From Pseudomonadota bacterium (GTDB taxonomy: Archaea > Thermoplasmatota > SW-10-69-26 > JACQPN01 > JAJPHT01): a stretch of 64,000 nucleotides of DNA. Position numbers and translations under genes: made by a program. This document shows positions 29,851 through 40,255 of the stretch, piece after piece. Location of the stretch: NCBI GenBank assembly GCA_021325135.1, contig JAJPHT010000046.1, forward strand, positions 163,885 to 227,884, read 5' to 3'. Position 1 is the first letter of the stretch. Each line of letters opens with the position of its first letter. The notes beneath the pieces are model-generated. The model was not told the DNA's origin and did no database searches. It was given only the letters and a program-made list of their open reading frames with translations.

Positions 29851-30699
29851 TCACTGCCGCCCGACGACCATGATCACGCGCCCGCCCTTGAAGACGCGGA
29901 TGGTGCCGCTGGAGGAGACGACGATGGCGAGCGCCTTGCTCTGGCGCGTGATGCTGGCGGCCGCGATGTGGCGCCCGCCGAGGCCGGGCTGCACCTCGAC
30001 CGCGCCTTCGGTGTCCACGTAGCGCCCCGCGGCCACGACGCAGCCGTCGCCGCGCACGACGAAGGCGCCGTCGATCTGCGCGAACTCCTTCGCCGTCTCC
30101 CAGAGCGACTCGTCGAGGATGTTGCGGTCCTTCTCGGGGTGCCCTTCGAAGGGGTTGAGCACGGCGGGGCGCGAGTGGCGCATGACGGTGTCCGTGTCGC
30201 CCACGACGAAGAGGGTGCCCACGGGGTGGCCTTCGCGCCCTTCGCGCGCCAGCTCCACCGCGAGCTTCAGGAGGCGCTCCACGACGCGCAGGTCGAGGCC
30301 GTCCTCCATCTCCTCCTGCAGATGCACGATCTCGACGTCGCGCGGCACGTCGTAGTGCATGACCATGTCGACCGCGTCGCCCGCGGCCACGACGACGATG
30401 ACGGAGTCCTGGGAGGTCAGCTCGCCGGCGAAGAACGAGCCCAGGAGGACCTCCTTCACCTGGGGGAGCACGTTGACGCTGCCCGAGATGGGCTGCATGA
30501 GGCGCACGACGTGGCGCATGCGGGCCTCGTAGGTCTCCAGCAGCTCGTCGTTGCCTGAGGCGAGGATGACGGGGAGCTTCACCGCGTCCAGGGTGGAGCG
30601 CACGACGTCCGCACGGTCGGTGACGAGGACGAGGAGCGTCGCCTCGAACCGCTCGCTCAGGCGCTTCGCCGTCTCCAGGAGCGTCCTCGCCTTGTCCAT
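29851..30699 (-). CDS. dacZ: Diadenylate cyclase, archaeal DacZ-type (c-di-AMP synthesis)
   Basis: LAREGREG.PVG.LF, NPF.G, KEFAQIDGAF, GLGGRHIAAA (DGA and RH motifs) with N-terminal regulatory domain. Confidence 0.88.
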   Translation of the reverse strand: MDKARTLLETAKRLSERFEATLLVLVTDRADVVRSTLDAVKLPVILASGNDELLETYEARMRHVVRLMQPISGSVNVLPQVKEVLLGSFFAGELTSQDSVIVVVAAGDAVDMVMHYDVPRDVEIVHLQEEMEDGLDLRVVERLLKLAVELAREGREGHPVGTLFVVGDTDTVMRHSRPAVLNPFEGHPEKDRNILDESLWETAKEFAQIDGAFVVRGDGCVVAAGRYVDTEGAVEVQPGLGGRHIAAASITRQSKALAIVVSSSGTIRVFKGGRVIMVVGRQ

Positions 30700-30766
30700 G
30701 CGCTGCGGGACCGAAGGCGCGGGTCTCCCTTAACGTTGGCGCAACCGGGGGGTGGGGACCGGGGCC

Positions 30767-30958
30767 TCAGCAGAAGAGGCCGAGCTCCACGCACGTGGCG
30801 TCGAAGACGATGCTGCCCACCCCGTGGAGGAGGCCGGTGCAGGTGTCGCCGACGTCGCCGCCGATGGGGCACGTGAGAGGGGGCTCGGCCGCGGCGAGGG
30901 GGGTGAGGATGACGGAGCCCAGCGTGAGCGCGAGGACCAGGACGAGCGATGCCTTCAT
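30767..30958 (-). CDS. Small secreted 4-Cys peptide
   Basis: MKASLVLVLAL signal ending AAA; ~40-aa mature part with 4 Cys. Confidence 0.6.
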   Translation of the reverse strand: MKASLVLVLALTLGSVILTPLAAAEPPLTCPIGGDVGDTCTGLLHGVGSIVFDATCVELGLFC

Positions 30959-31030
30959 GCGAAGGCCCCAGCGCATTCTCCATGCATAACAGGCGCCGGA
31001 TGATGGGTGTCCTTTGTTATCGGGGCCCCT

Positions 31031-32293
31031 TCAGACGTACTTGCGCGGGTCCGCGATGACGCCCTCGATGGCGGAGGCCGCGACGGTGGCGGGGCTCCCC
31101 AGGTAGACCTCCGCCTGGGAGGAGCCCATGCGGCCCTTGAAGTTCCGGTTGGAGGAGGAGATGCAGCGCTCGCCGGGGGCCAGGATGCCGCCCGCGGCGC
31201 CCATGCAGGGGCCGCAGCCGGGCGTGCCCACGACGGCGCCGGCCTCCATGAGGGCCTGCATCGTGCCGTCGTTCATGGCCTCGATCATCTGCGTCTTGCT
31301 GGCGGGCGTGACGATGAGGCGCACGTCGGGGTGGACCTTGCGCCCCCGGAGGATTCGCGCGGCCTCGCGGAGGTCCTCGACGCGGCCGTTGGTGCACGAG
31401 CCCAGGAAGGCCTGGTCCACGGTCTTGCCCACGACGCTGGTCACGGGATGCACGTTGTCCACGGCGTGGGGGCACGCGACGCGCGGCTCCAGCCGCGAGA
31501 CGTCGAAGCGGCGCTCGTCCCGGTAGCGCGCGCCCGGGTCCGCCGTCGCGAGGAAGGGGAGATCGGCCTTGCCGCGCGCCGCCAGGTAGTCTCGGGTGGT
31601 GGCGTCGGGGGGCACCATGGCGGCCTGGGCGCCCATCTCGATGCCCATGTTGCAGAGCGTCTGCCGCTCGGGGACGGAGAACCCCTCGATGGTGGAGCCG
31701 TAATATTCCACCGCGCCGTAGTCCGCGCCGTCGGCGCCCACGTCGCGGATGACCTCCAGGGTGACGTCCTTGGCGTAGACGCCCCGGGGGAGCGTGCCCT
31801 CGACCGCGATGCGCATGGTCTCGGGGACGCGCAGCCACAGCTCGCCCGAGGCCCACACGGCGGCCATCTCGGTCGCGCCCACGCCGTAGGAGTACGCGCC
31901 CAGCGCGCCGTAGGTGCAGGTGTGGGAGTCCGTGCCCACGATGTGCATCCCCGGGAGGACGTGCCCCTTCTCGGGGAGCACCTGGTGGCAGATGCCCTCC
32001 TTCATGTCGTAGAAGTCGCGGATGCCCTGCTCCTTCACGAACTCGCGCACCAGCTTCGCCTTGGTGGCCGTCTCGATGTCCGGGGCCGGGCTGCGGTGGT
32101 CCAGCGTCACGACCATGCGGCCGCTGTCGAAGACGCCGCGCACCGGGATGCCGCGGAAGAGGGTCCCGATGAGCGCCGCGTTGTCGTGGCTCATGACGAG
32201 GTCGACCTTCGCGGTCACGACCTCCCCGGCCTGCGCACGCTCCCGCCCCGCCGCCCGGGCGAGGATCTTCTCGGACATCGTGCGAGGCTCCAT
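31031..32293 (-). CDS. 3-isopropylmalate dehydratase/homoaconitase family large subunit
   Basis: TMSEKIL, LDH, GICHQ, GTDSHT, GSCTNGR, PGCGPCMG, SNRNF.GRMG. Confidence 0.93.
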   Translation of the reverse strand: MEPRTMSEKILARAAGRERAQAGEVVTAKVDLVMSHDNAALIGTLFRGIPVRGVFDSGRMVVTLDHRSPAPDIETATKAKLVREFVKEQGIRDFYDMKEGICHQVLPEKGHVLPGMHIVGTDSHTCTYGALGAYSYGVGATEMAAVWASGELWLRVPETMRIAVEGTLPRGVYAKDVTLEVIRDVGADGADYGAVEYYGSTIEGFSVPERQTLCNMGIEMGAQAAMVPPDATTRDYLAARGKADLPFLATADPGARYRDERRFDVSRLEPRVACPHAVDNVHPVTSVVGKTVDQAFLGSCTNGRVEDLREAARILRGRKVHPDVRLIVTPASKTQMIEAMNDGTMQALMEAGAVVGTPGCGPCMGAAGGILAPGERCISSSNRNFKGRMGSSQAEVYLGSPATVAASAIEGVIADPRKYV

Positions 32294-32446
32294 GAAAACC
32301 ATCAACCGGACTACGAAAGACGCAGAAAGCTTCCCTCTCTTGAATCTATCGCGCAGTCTTTGGCCTGCTTCGAGCAGCCGAAGGCCCCAGGTCCACGGTG
32401 CAGCCTGCACCTTGCCCGCGACAACCCACCCGGGTAGGGCAGTTTC

Positions 32447-32457
32447 CCTTAAAGGGC
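32447..32457 (+). promoter_or_regulatory. TATA-like box embedded in the palindrome CCCTT-A-AAGGG
   Basis: In the divergent intergenic region, about 100 nt upstream of the 32552 HTH gene. Confidence 0.45.
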
Positions 32458-32551
32458 AATCCCCACGTCGTTGCCCCAGAGGCCGCCTGACCGGGCGGCT
32501 TGGATGGGAAGCGGCGCCCACGGGCGCCCCTCCGCTTGGAGGAATGCACGT

Positions 32552-33067
32552 ATGAGCGATCTCCTTAGCCTGGCGTCTCGAAAACGGATCTACGACCACG
32601 TGGAGCAGCACTCCGGCAGCCACCTGCGGGAGATCGGGCGCCGCTGTGGCCTCCCCCTGGGCACGGCGCTCTATCACCTGGACCGGCTGGAGGCGGAGGG
32701 CCTCCTCTCGGTGCGCCGCGACGGGCGCTACAAGCGCTACTTCCCCTCGCAGGGCCTGGGCCGCAAGGAGAAGGACCTCCTCTCGGCCTACCGCCACGAC
32801 GTGCCGCGCCGCATCGCGCACGCGCTCCTGGGCTCCCCCGCCATGACGCAGCGCGAGCTGTGCGCCGCGCTCTCCGTGTCCCGCAGCACGCTCTCCTTCC
32901 ACGTCAACGACCTCATCCGCCGCGGCGTCCTGCGCCGCGAGCTGGGGCACCGCGAGAACCGCTACGCGCTGGAGGACCCCACCCTCACGCAGCAGATCCT
33001 CGACCGGTTCGGCGCCTCGCTGGCCGGCCCCGTCCCCGCCGCCACGCCCATCCCCGTGGAGGCCTGA
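32552..33067 (+). CDS. Tandem winged-HTH transcriptional regulator (archaeal ArsR-like)
   Basis: R.RIY..V...G.HLREI.R...GT..YHL..LE, then MTQREL...SRSTLSFH; GGAGG RBS. Confidence 0.88.
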   Translation: MSDLLSLASRKRIYDHVEQHSGSHLREIGRRCGLPLGTALYHLDRLEAEGLLSVRRDGRYKRYFPSQGLGRKEKDLLSAYRHDVPRRIAHALLGSPAMTQRELCAALSVSRSTLSFHVNDLIRRGVLRRELGHRENRYALEDPTLTQQILDRFGASLAGPVPAATPIPVEA

Positions 33068-33071
33068 ACGC

Positions 33072-33353
33072 ATGGCGATGTCCGCCTCCGAGCCCGTGAC
33101 CTTCACCATGAGCCCCGTGCGCTTCAACGGGCTCAAGGCCGCCGAGAACGTGGTCTTCTTCGGCAACAACCTGGGCGTCGAATGCCAGCGTTGCGGCGCC
33201 TACAACCAGACCAGCATGGGCCACAAGTTCTGCGCGCACGTGAGCTGCCCCATCGCGCTGCGCGAGTTCAAGCGCCGCAAGAGGAAGAGGACCAGCAGCC
33301 TGGAGAAGGTCATCGTGCCCCAGAAGCTCGCCCGCCGCCTGGGCGAAGCCTGA
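33072..33353 (+). CDS. Small basic zinc-binding protein
   Basis: CQRC...C(x4)C plus KRRKRKR; 4 nt downstream of the HTH gene. Confidence 0.65.
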   Translation: MAMSASEPVTFTMSPVRFNGLKAAENVVFFGNNLGVECQRCGAYNQTSMGHKFCAHVSCPIALREFKRRKRKRTSSLEKVIVPQKLARRLGEA

Positions 33354-33477
33354 CTCTGAACGCATCCATCCCCGAACCCGCACCCGCGATCCCCTCCGCA
33401 CGGCCGCATCCCTCCGCGCGGCGAGGATCGCAGGAGCGGGGCGCCAGCCTCATGCCGGGACGCGCGGTTGCGCCCCC

Positions 33478-33960
33478 GTGCGCGCGCTCCTCGTCGCCCT
33501 GATCGTCCTTCTCTCCCCTGCGATCTCCGGCTGCCTCGACCGCGGCGCGCCCCCTGACTCTGCGCCCGCGAACGCGACCAACTCCACCGCCAACGCCACG
33601 GCGCCCATGGCCAAGATCCTCCTCAACCAGTCGCACTCCTTCACCACCGGCGCCGCGGCCGACACGCCCGCCGGGGGCAACACCACCTCGCCCGTGACGA
33701 TCCCGCCGGGCTACTCCAAGCTCAACCTCACCGTGCGCTTCTCCCCCAGCAGCGGCGCGCCCGTCCCGGCCCCCGCCCCCGTGGGCGCCGCCAGCGGCGT
33801 CAGCGTCAAGCTGGGCAACCTCACCTGCGACGTCCCCGACGGCCCCTTCACCACGGCCTTCACCTGCACCAAGGAGGGCCCCGCCACGGCGGGCGACGCG
33901 AAGGTGGAGTACCTGGGCGAGGGCAGCGTGCGCGCCCGCGTCACCGTCACGGCGACGTGA
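33478..33960 (+). CDS. Lipoprotein, beta-rich
   Basis: ISGC lipobox; several N-x-T/S sequons. Confidence 0.75.
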   Translation: MRALLVALIVLLSPAISGCLDRGAPPDSAPANATNSTANATAPMAKILLNQSHSFTTGAAADTPAGGNTTSPVTIPPGYSKLNLTVRFSPSSGAPVPAPAPVGAASGVSVKLGNLTCDVPDGPFTTAFTCTKEGPATAGDAKVEYLGEGSVRARVTVTAT

Positions 33961-34003
33961 GGGCTCCGAAAGCTCCTAAGCGGGGCCCCGCCCTGCGCGC
34001 GCG

Positions 34004-35248
34004 TTGCTCGCGGGGCTCGCCCTCTTCGTCCTCGTCTACGCGCTCCTCGCGGTGCCTGGCCTGGCGCCGCGGGCCGAGCGCGCCCTGGGCGGCGGCCGCG
34101 CGGTGCGCCTCGTCTTCAGCCGCCCCGGCATCGCGATCCTGGGCGCGCTCCTCATCCTCCTCGTGGGCGCCGTCTCGCCCCGCGCCGCGTGGGCCGCCCT
34201 CGACTGGCCCACCCTCGCGCTGCTGCTGGGCATGATGCTCCTCGTCGCGGCGCTGGACGCGGCCAACGTCTTCGAGGTGCTGGCCAGCCGCCTCGCCCGC
34301 GCCCTCCCCACGCCCGCGCGCCTCCTGGCGGGGAGCATGCTCGTCGTCGCGGTCCTCAGCGCGCTGGTCCTCAACGACGCGGTGGTGCTCCTCTTCACGC
34401 CCGTCCTCGTGCGCGCCGCCCGCGGCATGGGCACGAACCCCTTCCCATTCCTCGCGGCGGAGGCGTTCGCGGCGAACCTCGGCAGCAGCGCGACGCCCGT
34501 GGGCAACCCGCAGAACGCGTACATCGCCAGCGCGCGCCACCTCTCCTTCGGCGCCTTCGCGCTGCCCCTTGCGCCCGTGGCGCTCCTCTGCCTCGCCATG
34601 GGCGTCGGGCTCTGCCTCCTGGCGTTCCGCAAGGAGCTTCGCGCGCACGAGGGCCGCGCGCCGCCGCCCCTCGCGCAGGTGAGCAACCGCGGCATGTTCG
34701 CCCTCGCCGTGGGCGCCGTCGCCCTGGCCCTCGCGGCGTTCCTCGTGGGCCCCGCCTACGGCGTCGAATTGTGGATGGGCGCCCTGGGCGCGGGCCTCCT
34801 CGCCGCGCTCCTTGCCCCCGCGGCGCGCGTCTCGCCGCTGCGCGTCGCGCGGGGCGTCGACTACGGCATCCTCGTCTTCTTCGTGGGCCTCTTCGTGCTC
34901 CTCCAGGTGGTGAAGGACGCGGGCGCCCTGGACCTGCTGGGCGGATTGCTATCACGCTCCGGCAGCGCGGGCTTCGTCGTCGCGACGGCGCTCCTCTCCA
35001 ACGTCGTCTCCAACGTCCCCGCGGTGCTCCTGCTGCTCCCCCTCGCGACGACGCAGGCGCAGGCGCTCCTCCTCGCCATGGCCAGCACGCTGGCGGGGAA
35101 CCTCACCTTCCTGGGCAGCGCGGCCACGGTCATCGTGGCCGAGACGGCGCGCAGCCGCGACGCCGAGTTCGACGTGGGCCGCTTCACCCTCCTGGGCCTG
35201 GGCATCGGGACCCTCACCCTCTTCGTGGCGTGGCTCCTCCTCGGGTGA
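34004..35248 (+). CDS. ArsB/NhaD/CitMHS-family anion transporter (YbiR-like)
   Basis: DWPTLALLLGMM, LNDAV, ANLGS.ATPVGNPQN, SNVPAV, STLAGN. Confidence 0.88.
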   Translation: MLAGLALFVLVYALLAVPGLAPRAERALGGGRAVRLVFSRPGIAILGALLILLVGAVSPRAAWAALDWPTLALLLGMMLLVAALDAANVFEVLASRLARALPTPARLLAGSMLVVAVLSALVLNDAVVLLFTPVLVRAARGMGTNPFPFLAAEAFAANLGSSATPVGNPQNAYIASARHLSFGAFALPLAPVALLCLAMGVGLCLLAFRKELRAHEGRAPPPLAQVSNRGMFALAVGAVALALAAFLVGPAYGVELWMGALGAGLLAALLAPAARVSPLRVARGVDYGILVFFVGLFVLLQVVKDAGALDLLGGLLSRSGSAGFVVATALLSNVVSNVPAVLLLLPLATTQAQALLLAMASTLAGNLTFLGSAATVIVAETARSRDAEFDVGRFTLLGLGIGTLTLFVAWLLLG

Positions 35249-35302
35249 GCCCCTAGCGACGTCACGAGAAACGGCAAGCCCCCTCGGGCCCGTCGCGCGC
35301 CC

Positions 35303-36541
35303 ATGCGACCGGTCCTCCTCGCCGCCCTCCTCGCGCTCTCGCTCCTGCCCGCCCCGGCCCACGCCGTGGGGCCCGCCTGGGCGGACGACGACGGCTCCGG
35401 CCGCGACGCGGGCCCGGCTCCCGCCCTCGCGCTCCCCGCGGCCCCGGGCCACCACGAGGGCACGGTCGCGGGGACGCTGGACGCGGAGGACGAATACGCG
35501 CTGGACGCGCCGCCCGGCGTCGTCATCCGCGTGACCCTGGAGGGGGACCTCTTCCTCTCCGCGTCGCTGGTGGACCCCGCGGGCGACGTGCGCGCCTCGG
35601 GCTCGCTCACGCGCGGCCCCGTGGACCTCAGCGCGGCCGCGCCCGGGGGCGGCGCGTGGACGCTGCGCGTGCAGTCGGCCGCGCAGGGCGTCTCGCCCCA
35701 GCCCTACGCCTTCGACGTCGCGTTCGAGCCGCACGCGCACTTCGCCCCGTGGAGCGCGCCGCCTGGCCGCGCGGCAGCGGTGAGCGTCGGCTTCCCCGCC
35801 TCGGGGTACGCGCGCCTGGAGGCGAGCCTCGCCGTGGCCGCTCCCGGCTCGGGCGCGGGCTCCCTCGTCACGGACGACGTGATCGGCGCGGCGACCTCGG
35901 GCTTCAGCGTGAGCGTGGAGCAGGTGCTCCTGGCGACCTCCCCGGCAGAGGGCGCGCCGAGCGTCGCGGTCCACCGCGAGGGGCCCACGGACCTGGACGT
36001 GCCCACGCCGGGCCTGGTGAGCCTGGGCGGCGGGCTCGCGGGCACGGTGGCGCTGGAGAGCGGGCGCGGCCCGTTCACGGGGCCCGACGCCCTCCAGCGG
36101 GCGTGGATCGGCCTCGCCTCCAACGGCAACGTCTCCCTGTCGGGCTGGCTCGCGTGGGACGACGAGGCGCCCGGCCTCGTCCTCGTCCCCGCCACGAGCT
36201 TCTCGCTGCGCGCGTCCGACCTCGCGGGCTCCTACGTGGAGGCGGGCGGCCTCGCGACGGGGGACGACCTCCACGGCTCGTGGACCGCGCCCGCCGGCAC
36301 GCTCACCGTCGTCGAGAACGGCATCACGCCCCTCCTGGCGCAGGCCCCCACGCGGCTCGTCGTGACGGACCCCTCGGGGCGCGTGGACGCGCTCACGGGG
36401 CAGTACGCCATCCGCTGGCCCTACCAGGCGCCGCCTGCGGGGGCGTGGAGCGTCGACCTGCGGCACACCGACGGCGTGGAGGGGGACCAGCCGCGCTTCT
36501 TCGCGGCGGCCTACGCCTTCCCGGCCACGGCCAGCGCGTAG
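35303..36541 (+). CDS. Secreted protein with PPC-like beta domains
   Basis: Signal peptide (AHA), [11 protein letters not shown]...D.Y, G.W..RV motifs. Confidence 0.7.
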   Translation: MRPVLLAALLALSLLPAPAHAVGPAWADDDGSGRDAGPAPALALPAAPGHHEGTVAGTLDAEDEYALDAPPGVVIRVTLEGDLFLSASLVDPAGDVRASGSLTRGPVDLSAAAPGGGAWTLRVQSAAQGVSPQPYAFDVAFEPHAHFAPWSAPPGRAAAVSVGFPASGYARLEASLAVAAPGSGAGSLVTDDVIGAATSGFSVSVEQVLLATSPAEGAPSVAVHREGPTDLDVPTPGLVSLGGGLAGTVALESGRGPFTGPDALQRAWIGLASNGNVSLSGWLAWDDEAPGLVLVPATSFSLRASDLAGSYVEAGGLATGDDLHGSWTAPAGTLTVVENGITPLLAQAPTRLVVTDPSGRVDALTGQYAIRWPYQAPPAGAWSVDLRHTDGVEGDQPRFFAAAYAFPATASA

Positions 36542-37815
36542 AGAAGCCCCGCCGCGGCGCCCGCGAGGACCACGGGGATCACGTCGAGGTCGAAGGCCAG
36601 CATGGCGACGAACGCGGCGAGGGCCAGCGCGGCGGGGAACCACGCGACGGCCCCTCCGGAGACGACGACGTGCTGCCCGAAGAAGAGGGCCAGCTGGAGG
36701 ACGACGCCCACGACGGCGGCCGTGATGGCGGAGAGCGCGGCGTCCAGCGACGCGCGCCCGCGCAGCGCCTCGATGTAGGGCGCGCCCAGGAATACGAAGA
36801 GGAACGAGGGCAGGAACGTGAAGTAGACCGCGGCGAGGAGGCCCAGCGTCCCCGCAAGCGCGGGCGGCAGCGGGCCGTGGAGGTTCCACCCCGCGAGGAA
36901 GCCCACGAAGGCGACCACCATGATGAGGGGCCCAGGCGTCGTCTCGGCGAGGCCCAGCCCGTCGATCATCTGCCCCGCGGAAAGCCAGCCGTACTGGTGG
37001 ACCGCGGCCTGCGCCAGGTAGGAGAGCACCGCGTAGGCGCCGCCGAAGGTGACCAGCGCGGCGGCGCTGAAGAACGCGCCCTCGCGCAGGAAGACGCCCG
37101 AGGGGCCGGGGAGCGCGAGAAGGAGCGCGAGGGGCGCCAGCCACAGCGCGGCGCCGACACCCAGGACGACCGCGGCGCGGCGCGCGCTGGGGCGCGCGTG
37201 GGCGGGGGGCGCGTCGGCGTCGGAGAGCACCGAGTCGCGCGCGGCGCCCGGGGCGGCGGAGGGGAGCGGCGGGAACGCGCGGGGCGCCACGCGCCAGCCG
37301 GCGAGGCCCACGAGCCCCGCGCCCAGGACGACCGCCGGGAAGGGCGCGCCCAGGAGGAGCGCCACGAACGCGGCCGCGGCCAGCGCCGCCATGGCCCACG
37401 AGCGCAGCGCGCGCTTCCCGATGCGCAGCACCGCGTGCGCGACGATGGCCAGCACGACCGCCTTGAGCCCCACGAACACGCCCGCCACCAGCGGCACGGA
37501 GCCGAACGCGGCATAGGCCCACGAGAGCGCGAGCAGCGCGAAGACGGAGGGCAGGATGAAGAGCACGCCCGCGACGAGGCCGCCCGCCGTCTGGTGGAGC
37601 AGCCACCCGACGTAGATGGCCAATTGCGTCGCCTCGGGGCCGGGCAGCAACATGCAGTAGTTGAGCGCGTGGAGGAAGCGCGCCTCGCTGATCCAGCGGC
37701 GCCGCTCCACCAGCTCGCGGTGCATGATGGCGATCTGCCCCGTGGGCCCGCCGAAGTTGATGAACCCCAGCTTCAGCCAGAAGCGGAACGCCTCGCCGAA
37801 CGAGGGCGCCTCCAC
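36511..37815 (-). CDS. chrA: Chromate ion transporter (CHR family); alternative start 37845
   Basis: [38 protein letters not shown]. Confidence 0.93.
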   Translation of the reverse strand: MEAPSFGEAFRFWLKLGFINFGGPTGQIAIMHRELVERRRWISEARFLHALNYCMLLPGPEATQLAIYVGWLLHQTAGGLVAGVLFILPSVFALLALSWAYAAFGSVPLVAGVFVGLKAVVLAIVAHAVLRIGKRALRSWAMAALAAAAFVALLLGAPFPAVVLGAGLVGLAGWRVAPRAFPPLPSAAPGAARDSVLSDADAPPAHARPSARRAAVVLGVGAALWLAPLALLLALPGPSGVFLREGAFFSAAALVTFGGAYAVLSYLAQAAVHQYGWLSAGQMIDGLGLAETTPGPLIMVVAFVGFLAGWNLHGPLPPALAGTLGLLAAVYFTFLPSFLFVFLGAPYIEALRGRASLDAALSAITAAVVGVVLQLALFFGQHVVVSGGAVAWFPAALALAAFVAMLAFDLDVIPVVLAGAAAGLLYALAVAGKA

Positions 37816-37828
37816 GCCTGGCGGCCCC

Positions 37829-38047
37829 TCAGCGGCAGCGCACATAGGGGAGCCAGCACTCGCCGAAGAGGACGTAAAGGAGGTAGAGCGCGCCCGAGAC
37901 GAGGGCCGTGGCGGCGAGCGCCCAGCCTGCCGGGCGCAGGTCGGGGCGTTGGCCCAGGGGCGCCTTCGCGAGGGCACGCAGCGTGAGGGCCTGCGTCGCC
38001 ACGATGCCCACCATGAGCGCGAAGCCCCACGGCAGCCAGTCCGTCAC
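37829..38047 (-). CDS. Small two-helix membrane protein
   Basis: Two hydrophobic helices; co-oriented between mcm and chrA. Confidence 0.55.
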   Translation of the reverse strand: MTDWLPWGFALMVGIVATQALTLRALAKAPLGQRPDLRPAGWALAATALVSGALYLLYVLFGECWLPYVRCR

Positions 38048-38092
38048 GGGGTGGGGAAGCCGGGCGCGTGGCTTGCGCCTTTCGATGGGCTC

Positions 38093-40255
38093 CTACCGCC
38101 CGGTGAGCTTGACGAAGTTCTCGCGGGGGGAGTAGGCCTCGCCCTGCTGCTTGAGGCGCTCGACGATGGCCTGCACCTTGTCGGGGGCGACGCCCTTGCG
38201 CTCGCACTCGGCCACGATCTCCGAGTACTCGGCGCCGTGGTCGGTCCCCGCCTCCAGGGAGCGGATGACGGTCTTCACGATGCCCACGTTGTTGCGCTGC
38301 GAGGAGGAGACGCCGCTGGCCACCATGTCGATGTCCATGATGCCGCCCTCGCCGCCGCCGATCTTGCGCATGTAGTACTCGAAGATCTGCACGGCGCGGT
38401 CGGTGTCCTCGCCGGTGACCTCGGGCGAGAGGCGCACGCGCGCGCTGGCCTCGCTCAGGCGCACCAGCGCCTCCAGCTGACGCGCGGTGAGAGGGATGGC
38501 CTTGCTGTCCTCGCCGCTGCCCTGGCGGCGCAGGTCCACGTAGTACGCGGCGAGGCGGTCGCGGGCCTCCTCGCTGAGCACCGGGTGGCAGGTGCGCTTG
38601 GCGTAGGCGACGAACTTGCGCAGGAAGTCCTTGGGGACCGGGGGCGCCGTGCGCGCGAGGAGGCCGTGCACCTCCTCCTCGGTGTAGGTGGTGTCCTCGT
38701 GGCGGATCTGCTCCAGCATCGCGCCGCCGCGGTGGACGTTGAGGATGAACTTCGCCAGGAGCGCGTCGCGGCCCGCGTCGGGCTGGTCGCGCAGGATGAA
38801 GATGACGTCGAAGCGCGAGAGGAGCGCGGGCGGGAAGTTGATCTGCTCCGCGATGCTGGCGAACTCGTCGAAGCGCCCCATCTTGGGGTTCGCGGCGCCC
38901 AGCACCGAGCAGCGGGACTGCAGCGTGGCGGTGATGCCGGCCTTGGCCACGCTGATGCTCTGCTGCTCCATGCCTTCGTGCATGCTGCTCTGGTCGTTCT
39001 TGTCCATCTTGTCGATCTCGTCCACGCAGAGGAGGCCGCGGTCGGCGAGGACCATGGCGCCGGCCTCCAGCGTCCAGCGCCCGTCGCCGAAGTCGTCCTT
39101 CACCGCGGCCGCGGTGAGGCCGGCGCCGCTGCTGGACTTGCCCGACGTGTAGATGCCGCGGGGCGCCAGGCCGCTCATGTAGCGGATGAGCTGCGACTTG
39201 GCGACGCCGGGGTCCCCCACCAGCAGGACGTGGATGTCGCCCCTCAGGCGCGTCTTGTCGGGGAGCTTCTTCTCTACCCCGCCGAAGAGCTGCAGCAGCA
39301 GCGTGAGCTTCTCCATCTCCAGGCCGTACAGCGTGGGCGCGATGCTGTTGCGCAGCTGCACGTAGACCTCGGGCTCCTTGGCGAAGCGGCGGATGGCCTC
39401 CTCCTCTTCCTCGGTCGTCTCGATCTCCTCGAACTCCTGCTCGTGCTTCTCGACGCTGTTGGCGTCCACGAAGATCTCGAAGAGCGTGCTCTTCACGCCG
39501 TGGTCCTTCTTGACGTTGCAGCGGAGCACGCCGTTGATGGTCACGCGCTCGCCGGGGCGGAGCATGCCGCACAGGTCGTCCTCGCAGAAGAGGTTCAACC
39601 GCTGGGGCTGCTCGCCGCCGCGCATGTTCTCGGGCGCCTCCTGCACCTCGATCTTCTGCGTGTCCACGAACTTGGACGCCTGCCCGCGGGTCTCGGTGAC
39701 GATGAGCTTGAACGTCGAATCCCTTCCGCAGCCGCCCTGGTCCTCGTAGCACTCCAGGGGCTCCTTCAGCACCAGGTGCTCCTCCTGGGGCTCCTTGATG
39801 AACGCGCCGCAGCGCCCGCACTGGAAGACCGCGTCCTGGAGCTTGGGGCGGACCTCCGTCGTCTTCTTCACGAGGCCCTTGACGGCCACGAGCTTGCCCA
39901 GGTGCTCGGCGCGCAGGTCCCTCACGTCGATGGTGCTGGTGGCGGGGAGGTGCTCGACGCGGACGTGGAGCTTGGGGCGCGGCTCCGCGGGGACGTCCAC
40001 GGACTTCAGCGCCTCCTCCGCCTGCGCCAACGCCTGGAGCGGGTGCGCGAGGAGCGCCTCGGCGAGGTTGCGGTCGTGCTTGTCGAGATCGTACCAGTCG
40101 ATGACGAGGCTCCTCTTCTGGGGCCACCCGAGGACCGCCTCGTTGATCTGCGCGCGGTAGAACTTCTTGAGGAAACGCTCCCACGAGCGGACCTGGGGCT
40201 CATCCCCCAAGTGGGCCGAGGAGGCGGCTTCCACTTCGGGGGGAGGGGGAGTCAT
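38093..40255 (-). CDS. mcm: Replicative DNA helicase MCM (no intein)
   Basis: Zn finger CGRC...C..C, Walker A GDPGVAKS, Walker B DEIDKM, Arg finger SRFD, TARQLE, C-terminal wHTH. Confidence 0.97.
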   Translation of the reverse strand: MTPPPPEVEAASSAHLGDEPQVRSWERFLKKFYRAQINEAVLGWPQKRSLVIDWYDLDKHDRNLAEALLAHPLQALAQAEEALKSVDVPAEPRPKLHVRVEHLPATSTIDVRDLRAEHLGKLVAVKGLVKKTTEVRPKLQDAVFQCGRCGAFIKEPQEEHLVLKEPLECYEDQGGCGRDSTFKLIVTETRGQASKFVDTQKIEVQEAPENMRGGEQPQRLNLFCEDDLCGMLRPGERVTINGVLRCNVKKDHGVKSTLFEIFVDANSVEKHEQEFEEIETTEEEEEAIRRFAKEPEVYVQLRNSIAPTLYGLEMEKLTLLLQLFGGVEKKLPDKTRLRGDIHVLLVGDPGVAKSQLIRYMSGLAPRGIYTSGKSSSGAGLTAAAVKDDFGDGRWTLEAGAMVLADRGLLCVDEIDKMDKNDQSSMHEGMEQQSISVAKAGITATLQSRCSVLGAANPKMGRFDEFASIAEQINFPPALLSRFDVIFILRDQPDAGRDALLAKFILNVHRGGAMLEQIRHEDTTYTEEEVHGLLARTAPPVPKDFLRKFVAYAKRTCHPVLSEEARDRLAAYYVDLRRQGSGEDSKAIPLTARQLEALVRLSEASARVRLSPEVTGEDTDRAVQIFEYYMRKIGGGEGGIMDIDMVASGVSSSQRNNVGIVKTVIRSLEAGTDHGAEYSEIVAECERKGVAPDKVQAIVERLKQQGEAYSPRENFVKLTGR

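Noticed and set aside
23863-30699. CYTH cyclase plus diadenylate cyclase as a CBASS-like signalling system linked to the Cap4-like nuclease
   Set aside because: Both are common archaeal housekeeping families, unlinked to each other and over 17 kb from the nuclease gene; no CD-NTase or SAVED/CARF domain was seen
32300-32550. c-di-AMP (ydaO) riboswitch near dacZ
   Set aside because: The conserved ydaO sequence blocks are not recognisable, and the region is not the dacZ leader
38093-40255. Inteins in MCM (also considered for aIF5B and ligase)
   Set aside because: Protein lengths are normal and motifs are contiguous; no intein-like insertion
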